From positions 1,114 through 65,113 of the forward strand of contig CAYUEN010000006.1 in the NCBI GenBank assembly GCA_964443745.1: a stretch of 64,000 nucleotides of DNA. The letters are read 5' to 3'. A program made the translations under genes and the position numbers. Shown here one piece after another: positions 18,400 through 29,221 of this stretch (position 1 is the first letter of the stretch; each line of letters starts with the position of its first letter). This stretch comes from an uncultured Campylobacterales bacterium. Its GTDB lineage: Bacteria > Campylobacterota > Campylobacteria > Campylobacterales > QNZT01. Below the pieces are notes generated by a model. That model did not search any database and was not told where the DNA came from. It worked only from the letters and a program-made list of their open reading frames with translations.

Positions 18400-19858
18400 A
18401 TTCCTGGCGATACTCCTCTGTATGAGCTCCATGCTCGTGGCGCTAGATTTGAAACTCTCCCCCCAAACGATCCGTCCGGGAGATCGCGTTACCCTTACGA
18501 TTAGCGCCCAGGGAAAGGAGGTCGTCTTTCCGAAGATCAAAAAGATCGGCGGCTCCGCCGTGTTGGAGGAGTCTTCGGGCCAAAACATCACGCTCGAAAA
18601 AGGTAAACTCACCAAAACCTTCACCAAAAATTATGTTTTCGAAGCGAACAGAAGCTTCACACTCTCTCCGATCGAAGTGCAAGTCGACGGCAAAACCCTC
18701 CGAACCAAACCCACCAGAGTCACGGTGGAGAAAAAGAAGAGCCGAAAAAACGGAGCGTTCTTCTTCACGCTCGTCGCGGACAAAACGGAGGCGTATGTGG
18801 GAGAGCCGATCCATATCACCTACACCTTCAGGCAAAAACTCGATCAGAAACTCGTCGAAGCCAACTTCAATCCTCCCCAATTTAGGGATTTTTGGACGAA
18901 AATGCACAAAAAGCTGCCACAGGAGATCGAAGGGGAGTATATCGTCTATCGCATCACCTACACCCTCACCGCCAAACATCCCGGAAAGGCGAAGATAGAA
19001 CCCGCCCGAATGGATGTGGGAATTATGCGAAAAAAAAAGATGGCCGACTACAGTTTCGAAAGAGTTCGGTGGAAAAGCGTCTACGCCAACTCCCTGGATT
19101 TTACGATCAAACCGCTTCCGGAAGGTGTCAGTCTCTTTGGAAACTACAAGATGGAAGCCTTCACGGATACGAACGTCACGAAAGCGAACGAACCGATCCA
19201 TTTGACGGTGCGTATCGAAGGAGAGGGGAATCTGGACGAGTTGGAGAGTTTCTCCCTGAAGATACCCGACGCGACGGTCTACGGCGACAAAGCCCGAGTC
19301 TCCACCGTCAAAGGAAAGCAGCGATTCATACAGAAATTCGCGATTCTCTCCGATAGAAATTTCACGATTCCTCCGCTGAAAGTACGCTATTTGGACAACA
19401 AGGAGCATCGCGTCAAAAGCCTAGAAACCCCGCAAATCCCCATTCGCGTTCTCTCTTTTGTGCAACGCGATTCCCAAACAAGCGTCATCGAGCCCGAATC
19501 CCAACGAAAAACACCGCATCCTGGTGTACGAATAGAAACGGCGGTCGTTCTCTCGCTGCTAAGCGGATTTCTAACGGGTATGCTGATGATGTGGTCGATT
19601 ACGAAACAAAAGCGAAAAAGAGAAAAGAAGAAAACCAAGCCAACCGCGCGTGAGGCGATCGCGAAAAGCCGAAACGACAAAGAACTTCTTTCGCATCTGT
19701 TGCCCTATAGCCAAAAATCCCCCTCCATCCAGCGGATCATCGAACAACTCGAAGAGAATCTCTACATGGGAGGAAACCACAAAATAGATCCCAAAAAGGT
19801 CGCAAAAGCGCTGCCCGATCTGCTCACTCCTCCTAAAGAGGAGGAGATTCTACGCTGA
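18383..19858 (+). CDS. BatD-like oxygen-tolerance family protein
   Basis: 491 aa with a signal-like N-terminus, repeated beta-rich segments, and a C-terminal TM helix followed by a basic stretch. It is the last gene of the Bat operon. Confidence 0.6.
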   Translation: MKNRGRFLAILLCMSSMLVALDLKLSPQTIRPGDRVTLTISAQGKEVVFPKIKKIGGSAVLEESSGQNITLEKGKLTKTFTKNYVFEANRSFTLSPIEVQVDGKTLRTKPTRVTVEKKKSRKNGAFFFTLVADKTEAYVGEPIHITYTFRQKLDQKLVEANFNPPQFRDFWTKMHKKLPQEIEGEYIVYRITYTLTAKHPGKAKIEPARMDVGIMRKKKMADYSFERVRWKSVYANSLDFTIKPLPEGVSLFGNYKMEAFTDTNVTKANEPIHLTVRIEGEGNLDELESFSLKIPDATVYGDKARVSTVKGKQRFIQKFAILSDRNFTIPPLKVRYLDNKEHRVKSLETPQIPIRVLSFVQRDSQTSVIEPESQRKTPHPGVRIETAVVLSLLSGFLTGMLMMWSITKQKRKREKKKTKPTAREAIAKSRNDKELLSHLLPYSQKSPSIQRIIEQLEENLYMGGNHKIDPKKVAKALPDLLTPPKEEEILR

Positions 19859-19863
19859 TTTAT

Positions 19864-20988
19864 TTAGAGCGAATCGGCGAACTTTTGGAAAATATATTTG
19901 CTGTCATGGGGTCCGGGTGAAGCTTCGGGGTGATGCTGTACGGAAAAGATGGGAGCGTCCAGATATTCGACGCCTTCGATCGTACGATCGAAAAGGTTGA
20001 TATGGGTTATTCTCGCGATATCGCAGATTGTATCGGGAACGTTGTAGTTGTGGTTTTGTGCGGTGATCTCCACCGCCCCGCTGCTTTCGTTCCGCACCGG
20101 ATGGTTGCCGCCATGTTGTCCGAACTTGAGCTTGTAGGTCTTGTATCCATGCGCGATCGAGAGGAGTTGATGCCCCAGGCAGATCGCGAACATCGGCACT
20201 TTGGCCTCGATGAGTTTTTGGATCTTCTTCGCCTCCTCCTTCAGTACCAACGGATCTCCGGGACCGTTGGAGAGGAAGACGCCGTCGATCTCTTTGGCCA
20301 GATATCGCGAAATCAACGCTTCCGGATCGAAGGTATGCGGCACCACCTCAACTCCCAGCCCGGTCTGTCTCAATTCGTTCAGGATATTTCGTTTGACCCC
20401 AAAATCGATCACGACGATCCGTTTGCCGTTGCCCGGAGGAGTGTTGTAACGCTGTGTCTGCGGATTCCAAGCGCCCTCTTCATGAATGTACCGCTTCCGC
20501 GTTCCCACCTGCTCGATATAGTTGACCTCCTCGATCCGAGGACTCTTTTCGAGCCGTTTTTTGAGACTCTCTTTGTCGCTGATCTCGGTGGAGGCGATCA
20601 TCATCTGCGGACCTTCGTCGCGGATCATCTTGGTCAGATAACGGGTATCGATATCGCATATTCCGAGCGCATCATGCGATTTGAGAAAACGATCCAGCGG
20701 TTCTTGAGCGCGATAGTTGGAGTATCTTGGTTGATAGTTGCGAACGATCATCCCGCTACTGAAAACGCCTCTGCTTTCCATATCGTCGGGATTGCAGCCG
20801 ACATTTCCGATCTCCGGCATCGTAAAGACCACAAACTGCCCCGCGTAGCTGGGATCGCTCATAATCTCCTGATATCCCGTCATCGACGTGTTGAAGACGA
20901 TCTCTCCCGTCTTCGTTCCCGGTGCGCCGAAGCTGTGCGCTTCGAAAAAAGCGCCGTTTTCGATATAGATCCACACCTTTCGCATCAC
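19864..20988 (-). CDS. carA: carbamoyl-phosphate synthase small subunit
   Basis: GEIVFNTSMTGYQEIMSDPSYAGQ N-domain, GATase FAICLGHQLL and QHHPEASPGPHD. Confidence 0.95.
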   Translation of the reverse strand: MMRKVWIYIENGAFFEAHSFGAPGTKTGEIVFNTSMTGYQEIMSDPSYAGQFVVFTMPEIGNVGCNPDDMESRGVFSSGMIVRNYQPRYSNYRAQEPLDRFLKSHDALGICDIDTRYLTKMIRDEGPQMMIASTEISDKESLKKRLEKSPRIEEVNYIEQVGTRKRYIHEEGAWNPQTQRYNTPPGNGKRIVVIDFGVKRNILNELRQTGLGVEVVPHTFDPEALISRYLAKEIDGVFLSNGPGDPLVLKEEAKKIQKLIEAKVPMFAICLGHQLLSIAHGYKTYKLKFGQHGGNHPVRNESSGAVEITAQNHNYNVPDTICDIARITHINLFDRTIEGVEYLDAPIFSVQHHPEASPGPHDSKYIFQKFADSL

Positions 20989-21536
20989 ATCATCCCTTTT
21001 CTCTTCAACGCTTCGCGATAGAGCCGCTCGAAGACGATGTTGTACTCGTCGGTCCCCGGAATCAGTTTGCGCTCCATCTTTTCGATTTTGGCGATCACCT
21101 CCTCCTCGATATCTTCGAAAGTGTGCAGATAGTTCTCGATCGCGTTGTAAATCACGTTTTTGACCATATTTTCACTGACATTGTAATCGATCAGATCCCT
21201 TTTCCAGAGTTCATCCAGAATCTGGTGGGCGACATTGCTGAAGCGGTCTTCGTAGGAGAGGATGAAGTCGTACTCTTTCGCCAGCCGTTTTTTGATCATC
21301 CAAAACATCTGGCGACGATCCACCTGCATAAATTCCATCTCTTCTTCGTTTTCGTTCAAAAGCTCCTGTACGCGCTCTTCCAGCGCCTTCTCTTTCTGCA
21401 AATCTTCGGTGATGATCTCCTGCGCACACTCTTTGACAGGCTCGATCCCTTGTTTGAAGGTCACATAGCCGGAATTCAACAAATCCAATGCAATTTTGTT
21501 CGCGATATAGGGAGCGTGCGGAATCGAGATTTTCAT
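20985..21536 (-). CDS. DUF507-like conserved protein
   Basis: 183-aa acidic helical protein directly upstream of carA with a 4-nt overlap. This is the same position as the DUF507 gene in Campylobacter/Helicobacter genomes. The family call is from memory. Confidence 0.5.
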   Translation of the reverse strand: MKISIPHAPYIANKIALDLLNSGYVTFKQGIEPVKECAQEIITEDLQKEKALEERVQELLNENEEEMEFMQVDRRQMFWMIKKRLAKEYDFILSYEDRFSNVAHQILDELWKRDLIDYNVSENMVKNVIYNAIENYLHTFEDIEEEVIAKIEKMERKLIPGTDEYNIVFERLYREALKRKGMM

Positions 21537-21609
21537 AAAAAGCCTTCTCTTTTGGATTCGGTTGAGTAGTTATTTTATCAAAAATTTCGTAAAGAGGAGC
21601 TCAATATCG

Positions 21610-22151
21610 CTATTTTGCCGGTTTCGCACGTGTAGTGTTGGTATCGAATGGAGGGCCCTTTTCCAGAAGAAGCGTCACTTCCGAAGCGATTTTCGGGTCC
21701 ATTTTCGCCATGATTTTGGAGATTTTTTTAGGTGTGAGGCCAAAAAGTATTCTAGCCGCTTTCGGTCTTGGCATCTTGTCGAGTATCGCGGCGGCTTTGG
21801 ATTCTTTCATCTTCAGATAGGTAGCACTGAGCTTGTCGTCTTTCGCTTTTTTGATCTCTTCGAGGAGTTTTTTGTTTGCATCGTAGATCTCCACCACCTT
21901 TTTTTTGGTCTCTTCCACCTTTTTCAGTGTAGCGTTTAGTTCGCGCTCTTTTTGAATCAACTTCTCCTCCCTCTTTTTCAAAACCGCTTTGGAAGCGGCC
22001 ACGAACGCTTCGTAAGCCTGTTGCTGCTCGTCAATCCGCTCCACTTCTTTGAGCAGCTCCGCTTTACGAAGTTCGAAGATCTTGTTACAATCGACGGGTA
22101 TTTTTTCAGCCTCCAAAGAGAGCGCCAAAAGCAAAAAGAGAAAGAGGGATT

Positions 22152-22155
<4 letters not shown>
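21610..22155 (-). CDS. secreted MgtE-N/FlbB-like (PDP) flagellum-associated protein, Cj1496c-like
   Basis: Signal peptide MKSLFLFLLLALSLEA, a coiled-coil segment, then AAAILDKMPRPKAARILFGLTPKKISKIMAKMDPKIASEV (MgtE-N-like). It lies immediately downstream of fliJ. Confidence 0.55.
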
Positions 22156-24672
<2,517 letters not shown>

Positions 24673-24766
24673 ATAAGATCCAAAAGATATAACAATTTTT
24701 CGATAGAGTATAGCGAAAAATCCATTTGTCCGGAATTAGAACGGTGACTTTAGTCTCCCATCAAAA

Positions 24767-25906
24767 TCAAAAAAGGACGTTGAGCAAAAAAAGAAATATA
24801 ACAATGACGCCCAATACCCACATTAATGTAGTATTGCTGAATCGTTCCTTGAGATACAACAAACCCATTCGTTTCCATCGGGTCAACACAAACTCCTCTC
24901 TTGAGGCGACACGTTCATCCAGCATCGCGAAAAAGAGTAGCAGGATAATGACAAAAAGAATGAAAATCGCTCCATCGTCCCTGTCATGCACATAAACACC
25001 CATAAGCGAAAAAGAGATCTGAATCAATATCAGCAACATAACACTGTAATCGACATTTTTTCGCCACATCACGATTTTATGGTGGAGGTGGGTTTTATCC
25101 GGCATAAAAGGAGATTGGCCACGCTGCATGCGTCGGACCATCACGACAATCGTATCGATGATGGGTAGTGCCGCCAAAAAAAGAATGGATGTCACGCTGA
25201 CATATTCGATCGCTCTGATCGCTACGGCCGCAATCGTAAATCCCAATACCAAAGAGCCGCTATCCCCCATAAAGATAGCTGCGGGATGCCAATTGAAAAT
25301 CAGAAAACCGGCAAGTGCAGCGATCATGAAAAAAGAGACCGTCTGAATAAACATATCGCCATAATGATACCCAATATAGAGAAATGCCAGAAAGATGACC
25401 ATGGAGACCCCTCCCGCCAATCCATCCAAACCATCGATCAGATTCAGAGCGTTGGTAAACCCTGTAATCGCGAAAATGGTGAAAGGAAGTGCGATCCAAA
25501 GGGGAAGTGCGATCGAATATCCAAACCAAGTTCCCAGAGTGTCGATACGAAAATCGTTGAAAAAGAAAATGAGTATGGCTGAAAAGATAATGACAATGAA
25601 TTTTATTTTTGGGGAAGCTTCTTTGTTGTCGTCGTAGACTCCCACCAAAAAGACCATCAATTGTGCGAGAAAAAAACTCCAATATTCTCCCACGATACGA
25701 GGATAAAAAAGTAAAAAGGTAAAAAGAAACGCAAGGTAAATACCCACTCCGGCACCTCTGGGTGTCGGAGCGATATGGGAACTTCGGGCATTGGGGATAT
25801 CGAGCATACCGATTCTGGAAGAGTATTTGATCACCAGACCTATCATCAATACGGTCAGAAAAAAGGTGAGTACACCCTCCAGCCAATTCACCGATTCAAT
25901 TCCCAA
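24767..25906 (-). CDS. polyprenyl-phosphate HexNAc-1-phosphate transferase (WecA/WbpL, MraY-like family)
   Basis: 379-aa polytopic membrane protein with NALNLIDGLDGLAGG and IFMGDSGS motifs of the MraY/WecA family. Confidence 0.8.
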   Translation of the reverse strand: MGIESVNWLEGVLTFFLTVLMIGLVIKYSSRIGMLDIPNARSSHIAPTPRGAGVGIYLAFLFTFLLFYPRIVGEYWSFFLAQLMVFLVGVYDDNKEASPKIKFIVIIFSAILIFFFNDFRIDTLGTWFGYSIALPLWIALPFTIFAITGFTNALNLIDGLDGLAGGVSMVIFLAFLYIGYHYGDMFIQTVSFFMIAALAGFLIFNWHPAAIFMGDSGSLVLGFTIAAVAIRAIEYVSVTSILFLAALPIIDTIVVMVRRMQRGQSPFMPDKTHLHHKIVMWRKNVDYSVMLLILIQISFSLMGVYVHDRDDGAIFILFVIILLLFFAMLDERVASREEFVLTRWKRMGLLYLKERFSNTTLMWVLGVIVIFLFLLNVLF

Positions 25907-25921
25907 ACCCGAACCTCGTAC

Positions 25922-28237
25922 TTATTTGTAGGTGTAACTGTATTTGATAAAGCTTTGTGACATATTCTTGGGCTTTACCGCATTCAGCACGAGACCTACA
26001 TTTTTGATATCGTATGAATTAATCATATCTTCAAGCGACTTAACATACTCTTTTTCGGAGTATTCGGATTTGAATATCACGAGTGAAATGTCGGCCAACT
26101 TCATCAAGATCAGTGCATCCGTCAGTGATCCCATCGGCGGCGCGTCGATGATGATATAGTCGTACTCTTTTCTAAGCTCGTCGATCACCTCTTCGATTTT
26201 TCCTGCTTGCATCAACTCCGAAGGATTCGGTGGAATGGGACCGGAGGTGATGATATCGAGATTTTTGATCTGCTTGTGCTCCCAAATCACCTCTTTAAGA
26301 TCACTCTTTTTCGCCAATACCGTGCTCATTCCCACTTTGTTGGTCAAACCGAAGACTTTATGGAGCATCGGCCGTCTCATATCGAGCGAAATGACGATTG
26401 TCCTTTTCTCACTCATACCAAAAACCGCGGCGAGATTGGCCGCAATGGTCGTTTTTCCTTCTCCCGGAACCGTCGATGTGACAACGATGACTTTACTTTT
26501 ATGATCGGTCGGGATGAATTCCAAGTTCGTTCGAATCAATCTCAAAGCTTCACTGGCAATGGATTGCTGATCCTCGATGACAAACATTTTTTCAGTTGAT
26601 CTCACATAAGGAACGACACCATAAAACGGCAATTTCTCATTGGAGAGATCATCAGTAGTCTTCACTTTGTGATCCATCATTTCACGCATCAATGCGATCA
26701 TAATAGCTACTACAAATCCAAGTAATATACTAATTAGCATCACAAATGGAATCTTTGGACTCACCGGCTCTTTGGCTACTACAGCTCTATCTAGGACTCT
26801 GTTGCTGGAAACTGTAGAGGCTTTATTGATCGACATCTCTGCCTGCTTTTCCAAAAGAAATTGGTATGTTTTTTCGTTAACCCGATATTTTCTCTGAAGA
26901 TCGGCAAGTTCGCGTTCTTTTTCGGGCAACTTCAGCAACATCGTCTCTTTTGTGTAAATCGTATCTTCAATCGATCTTCTTTTTTCTCTTAAATTGTCAC
27001 TGATACTCTCAATCGCACTCTCTAAAGCCATTTTGATATCTTCGATCTCTTGATTCGCCTTTTCCACATCGGGATGATTTTCCGTATACATCGCAAGCAA
27101 TTTGATTTTGTTGGATTTGGCCTTTTGCAAATCACTCAACAGTGTAGCGAGTACTGGATACTCTTTTGCCAATGAAGAAACAGCTCCATAATTCCCATTT
27201 TTAAATTCGTTATACAGTGCATTGAAGGCACTCTCCTGAATTTTGATCTCCGCCAATTGAGACTGAAAATCACTCAGTTTTCTCAGCGTTACATCGGATT
27301 CGGTATCGATGTTGACAAGGTTGTTCTCTTCTTTGAAATTTTCAAGTTTGATCGCAGATTCTTGGAGCTTTTTACTTACTTCCCTAAGCTGTTCATCCAC
27401 AAATTTCAAAGCGCTGGAAGCTTTGGATGTTTTGCTGGAAATACTCTGCTCAAGGTAATTATTCACCAATGCATCTAGAAAATCTTTCGCTCTTTGAGCA
27501 ACATTGTCTTGATAAACCATTTTAATGATTGAACCGTTTTTCGATACAGGGAATACATTTAACCTTTTGGAAATCTCATCAATGGCCGTATCGTCATCCA
27601 AAATGACAAACGAATACTCTTCCGCTGAAACATTACCCACTTTTTTGACGACGAAACTGAAGTCCTTATTGTCGATTTTTTCTCCGAAATTATGTTGTCC
27701 CTGATAATGAATCCTTTTCTTACTCGTACCCAACAAATTTCCCAATTGACTTTCATGTGTTTTTAAAATAAAAGAAGAATCGTTAATCGGTTTGAGTTCG
27801 AATACCGTCTCATAAACCTTGGGATTTTTAATTTTGATCTCGCTGATTATAAAAGGTGAATTTTTATATAATTCGCTTGTTTTGTAATTCTCTTTTACAA
27901 AATAACGAACATTGTAATTTACATATTTCATCGCTTTGGCGATCAGATTTCTGGACTTTATAATTTCTACCTGTGTGTCGATAAGTGTGGCATCTTCACC
28001 AAGTCCTTTACCACGTACAACCGAATCCAGACTAAGGTCCAATTGATCGTTGCTCACCTCCACTGTCGCATACGTCTCATAAACAGGTGTAGCGAAATAA
28101 GCATATACACCACCGCCTATAAGGAACAATATGATAATCAGAATACTTGATAATTTATGCTTTCCAAGTAGTTTCAAAATTTTATTCAAATCTTTATTTT
28201 CATTTGTCACTATAGACTTTTTTTCTTTATTTGCCAT
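25922..28237 (-). CDS. wzc: polysaccharide co-polymerase / tyrosine autokinase (Wzc-like BY-kinase)
   Basis: Wzz-like N-domain with 2 TM helices and long coiled coils. Kinase Walker A TSTVPGEGKTT, Walker B YIIIDAPP, C-terminal Tyr cluster FIKYSYTYK. Start placed at ATG 28237 (AAGGAGcataatATG); the track start is 28291. Confidence 0.85.
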   Translation of the reverse strand: MANKEKKSIVTNENKDLNKILKLLGKHKLSSILIIILFLIGGGVYAYFATPVYETYATVEVSNDQLDLSLDSVVRGKGLGEDATLIDTQVEIIKSRNLIAKAMKYVNYNVRYFVKENYKTSELYKNSPFIISEIKIKNPKVYETVFELKPINDSSFILKTHESQLGNLLGTSKKRIHYQGQHNFGEKIDNKDFSFVVKKVGNVSAEEYSFVILDDDTAIDEISKRLNVFPVSKNGSIIKMVYQDNVAQRAKDFLDALVNNYLEQSISSKTSKASSALKFVDEQLREVSKKLQESAIKLENFKEENNLVNIDTESDVTLRKLSDFQSQLAEIKIQESAFNALYNEFKNGNYGAVSSLAKEYPVLATLLSDLQKAKSNKIKLLAMYTENHPDVEKANQEIEDIKMALESAIESISDNLREKRRSIEDTIYTKETMLLKLPEKERELADLQRKYRVNEKTYQFLLEKQAEMSINKASTVSSNRVLDRAVVAKEPVSPKIPFVMLISILLGFVVAIMIALMREMMDHKVKTTDDLSNEKLPFYGVVPYVRSTEKMFVIEDQQSIASEALRLIRTNLEFIPTDHKSKVIVVTSTVPGEGKTTIAANLAAVFGMSEKRTIVISLDMRRPMLHKVFGLTNKVGMSTVLAKKSDLKEVIWEHKQIKNLDIITSGPIPPNPSELMQAGKIEEVIDELRKEYDYIIIDAPPMGSLTDALILMKLADISLVIFKSEYSEKEYVKSLEDMINSYDIKNVGLVLNAVKPKNMSQSFIKYSYTYK

Positions 28238-28247
28238 ATTATGCTCC

Positions 28248-29072
28248 TTATCTGCCGATATAATCTTGATACGAGTTGATATCGAATACACGCGTATTGG
28301 TCAACTGTTTACCCGTAAATAGTGTTGAAAGAACACGTCCAACGATATCTATACCTGGTAATGTTTCTGCGATAGAGAGATTTTTTCTTCTTTCAGCATT
28401 CGGCTGTACATAAACGACATCATTGGGATAGAGTGTCAATTTAGCTGGATTCAACGCGGTTATTTTTGTCAAATCCACCGTTTCCACTATCGGTTTTTCC
28501 ATCGTACCTCTGATGATCTTGATACTGTTTCTCTCGGCAAAATCGGTCATGTCCCCAGCATTTGCCAATGCTTCGAGCAAGTTGGAGGTGTCTTCGATGA
28601 TATCGACTTTACCGGGACGACGTACCTCGCCTATCACAAATACGCGCTTGTTCAACACTTCGACATTGACATGCGAATTTCTGATATATTTGGCATACTC
28701 TTTCGAGAGCAGATTGCTTGCTTCTCTCGCCGTCAAACCTGCGACACGAACCACTCCAAGAAGAGGCAAATCGACTGTTCCATCTCTCGCGACAAGCACA
28801 CCCCGTTCGTCTCTTGGTGCCACTTGCGCCCTGACATCTCTCGTACTGAGCTCCGGATGGTTGTATACCAAAATCGAAAGTCGATTGTTGGGAACGATTT
28901 TATACTCATAAACTCCTCTTTGAGAGCTGGTCGCAAATTGACTCTCTGTCTGATTGGTTATCTGGTGATGAGGATCTTGAAAAAGAAGATATTTATCCCT
29001 TTTTGTACTACACCCACTCATCAACACAACAGCCAAAATCGTAGAGATAAGGGTGATATTTCTCAACTTCAT
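28248..29072 (-). CDS. wza: outer-membrane polysaccharide export lipoprotein (Wza-like)
   Basis: Lipobox VLMSGCS, a Poly_export-like segment (YKIVPNNRLSILVYNHPEL...DGTVDLPLLGVVRVAGLT) and an SLBB-like segment. Start preferred at ATG 29072 (AAAGGAA SD); the track start is 29099. Confidence 0.8.
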   Translation of the reverse strand: MKLRNITLISTILAVVLMSGCSTKRDKYLLFQDPHHQITNQTESQFATSSQRGVYEYKIVPNNRLSILVYNHPELSTRDVRAQVAPRDERGVLVARDGTVDLPLLGVVRVAGLTAREASNLLSKEYAKYIRNSHVNVEVLNKRVFVIGEVRRPGKVDIIEDTSNLLEALANAGDMTDFAERNSIKIIRGTMEKPIVETVDLTKITALNPAKLTLYPNDVVYVQPNAERRKNLSIAETLPGIDIVGRVLSTLFTGKQLTNTRVFDINSYQDYIGR

Positions 29073-29221
29073 AGTATTCCTTTCATTTTTTTTAGACATA
29101 ATTTGTAATCATTATATTTTAATAAACTTTACTATAAATTAATACATATAATAAAATTTACCAAAATATAATTTATACAAATTATGTTGCCTTTTTACAC
29201 ATTTCAAGGGAATATTTTACT

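Larger units (their letters stand above)
13693..19858 (+). other. MoxR-DUF58-DUF4381-BatA-BatB/C-BatD (Bat/aerotolerance-type) operon
   Basis: Six co-directional genes joined by TTGA/ATGA or 8-17 nt overlaps, or a 7-nt gap. Confidence 0.8.

Noticed and set aside
19859-19863. Convergent gene pairs with almost no spacer and no terminator hairpin: batD/carA, 5 nt apart, and the PglC-like gene/tkt at 45788-45790, 3 nt apart.
   Set aside because: Compact convergent ends are common in small Campylobacterota genomes, which are generally poor in intrinsic terminators. Only a weak 5-bp palindrome (AGGCTtaaAGCCT) is present at 45788. Nothing further can be inferred.
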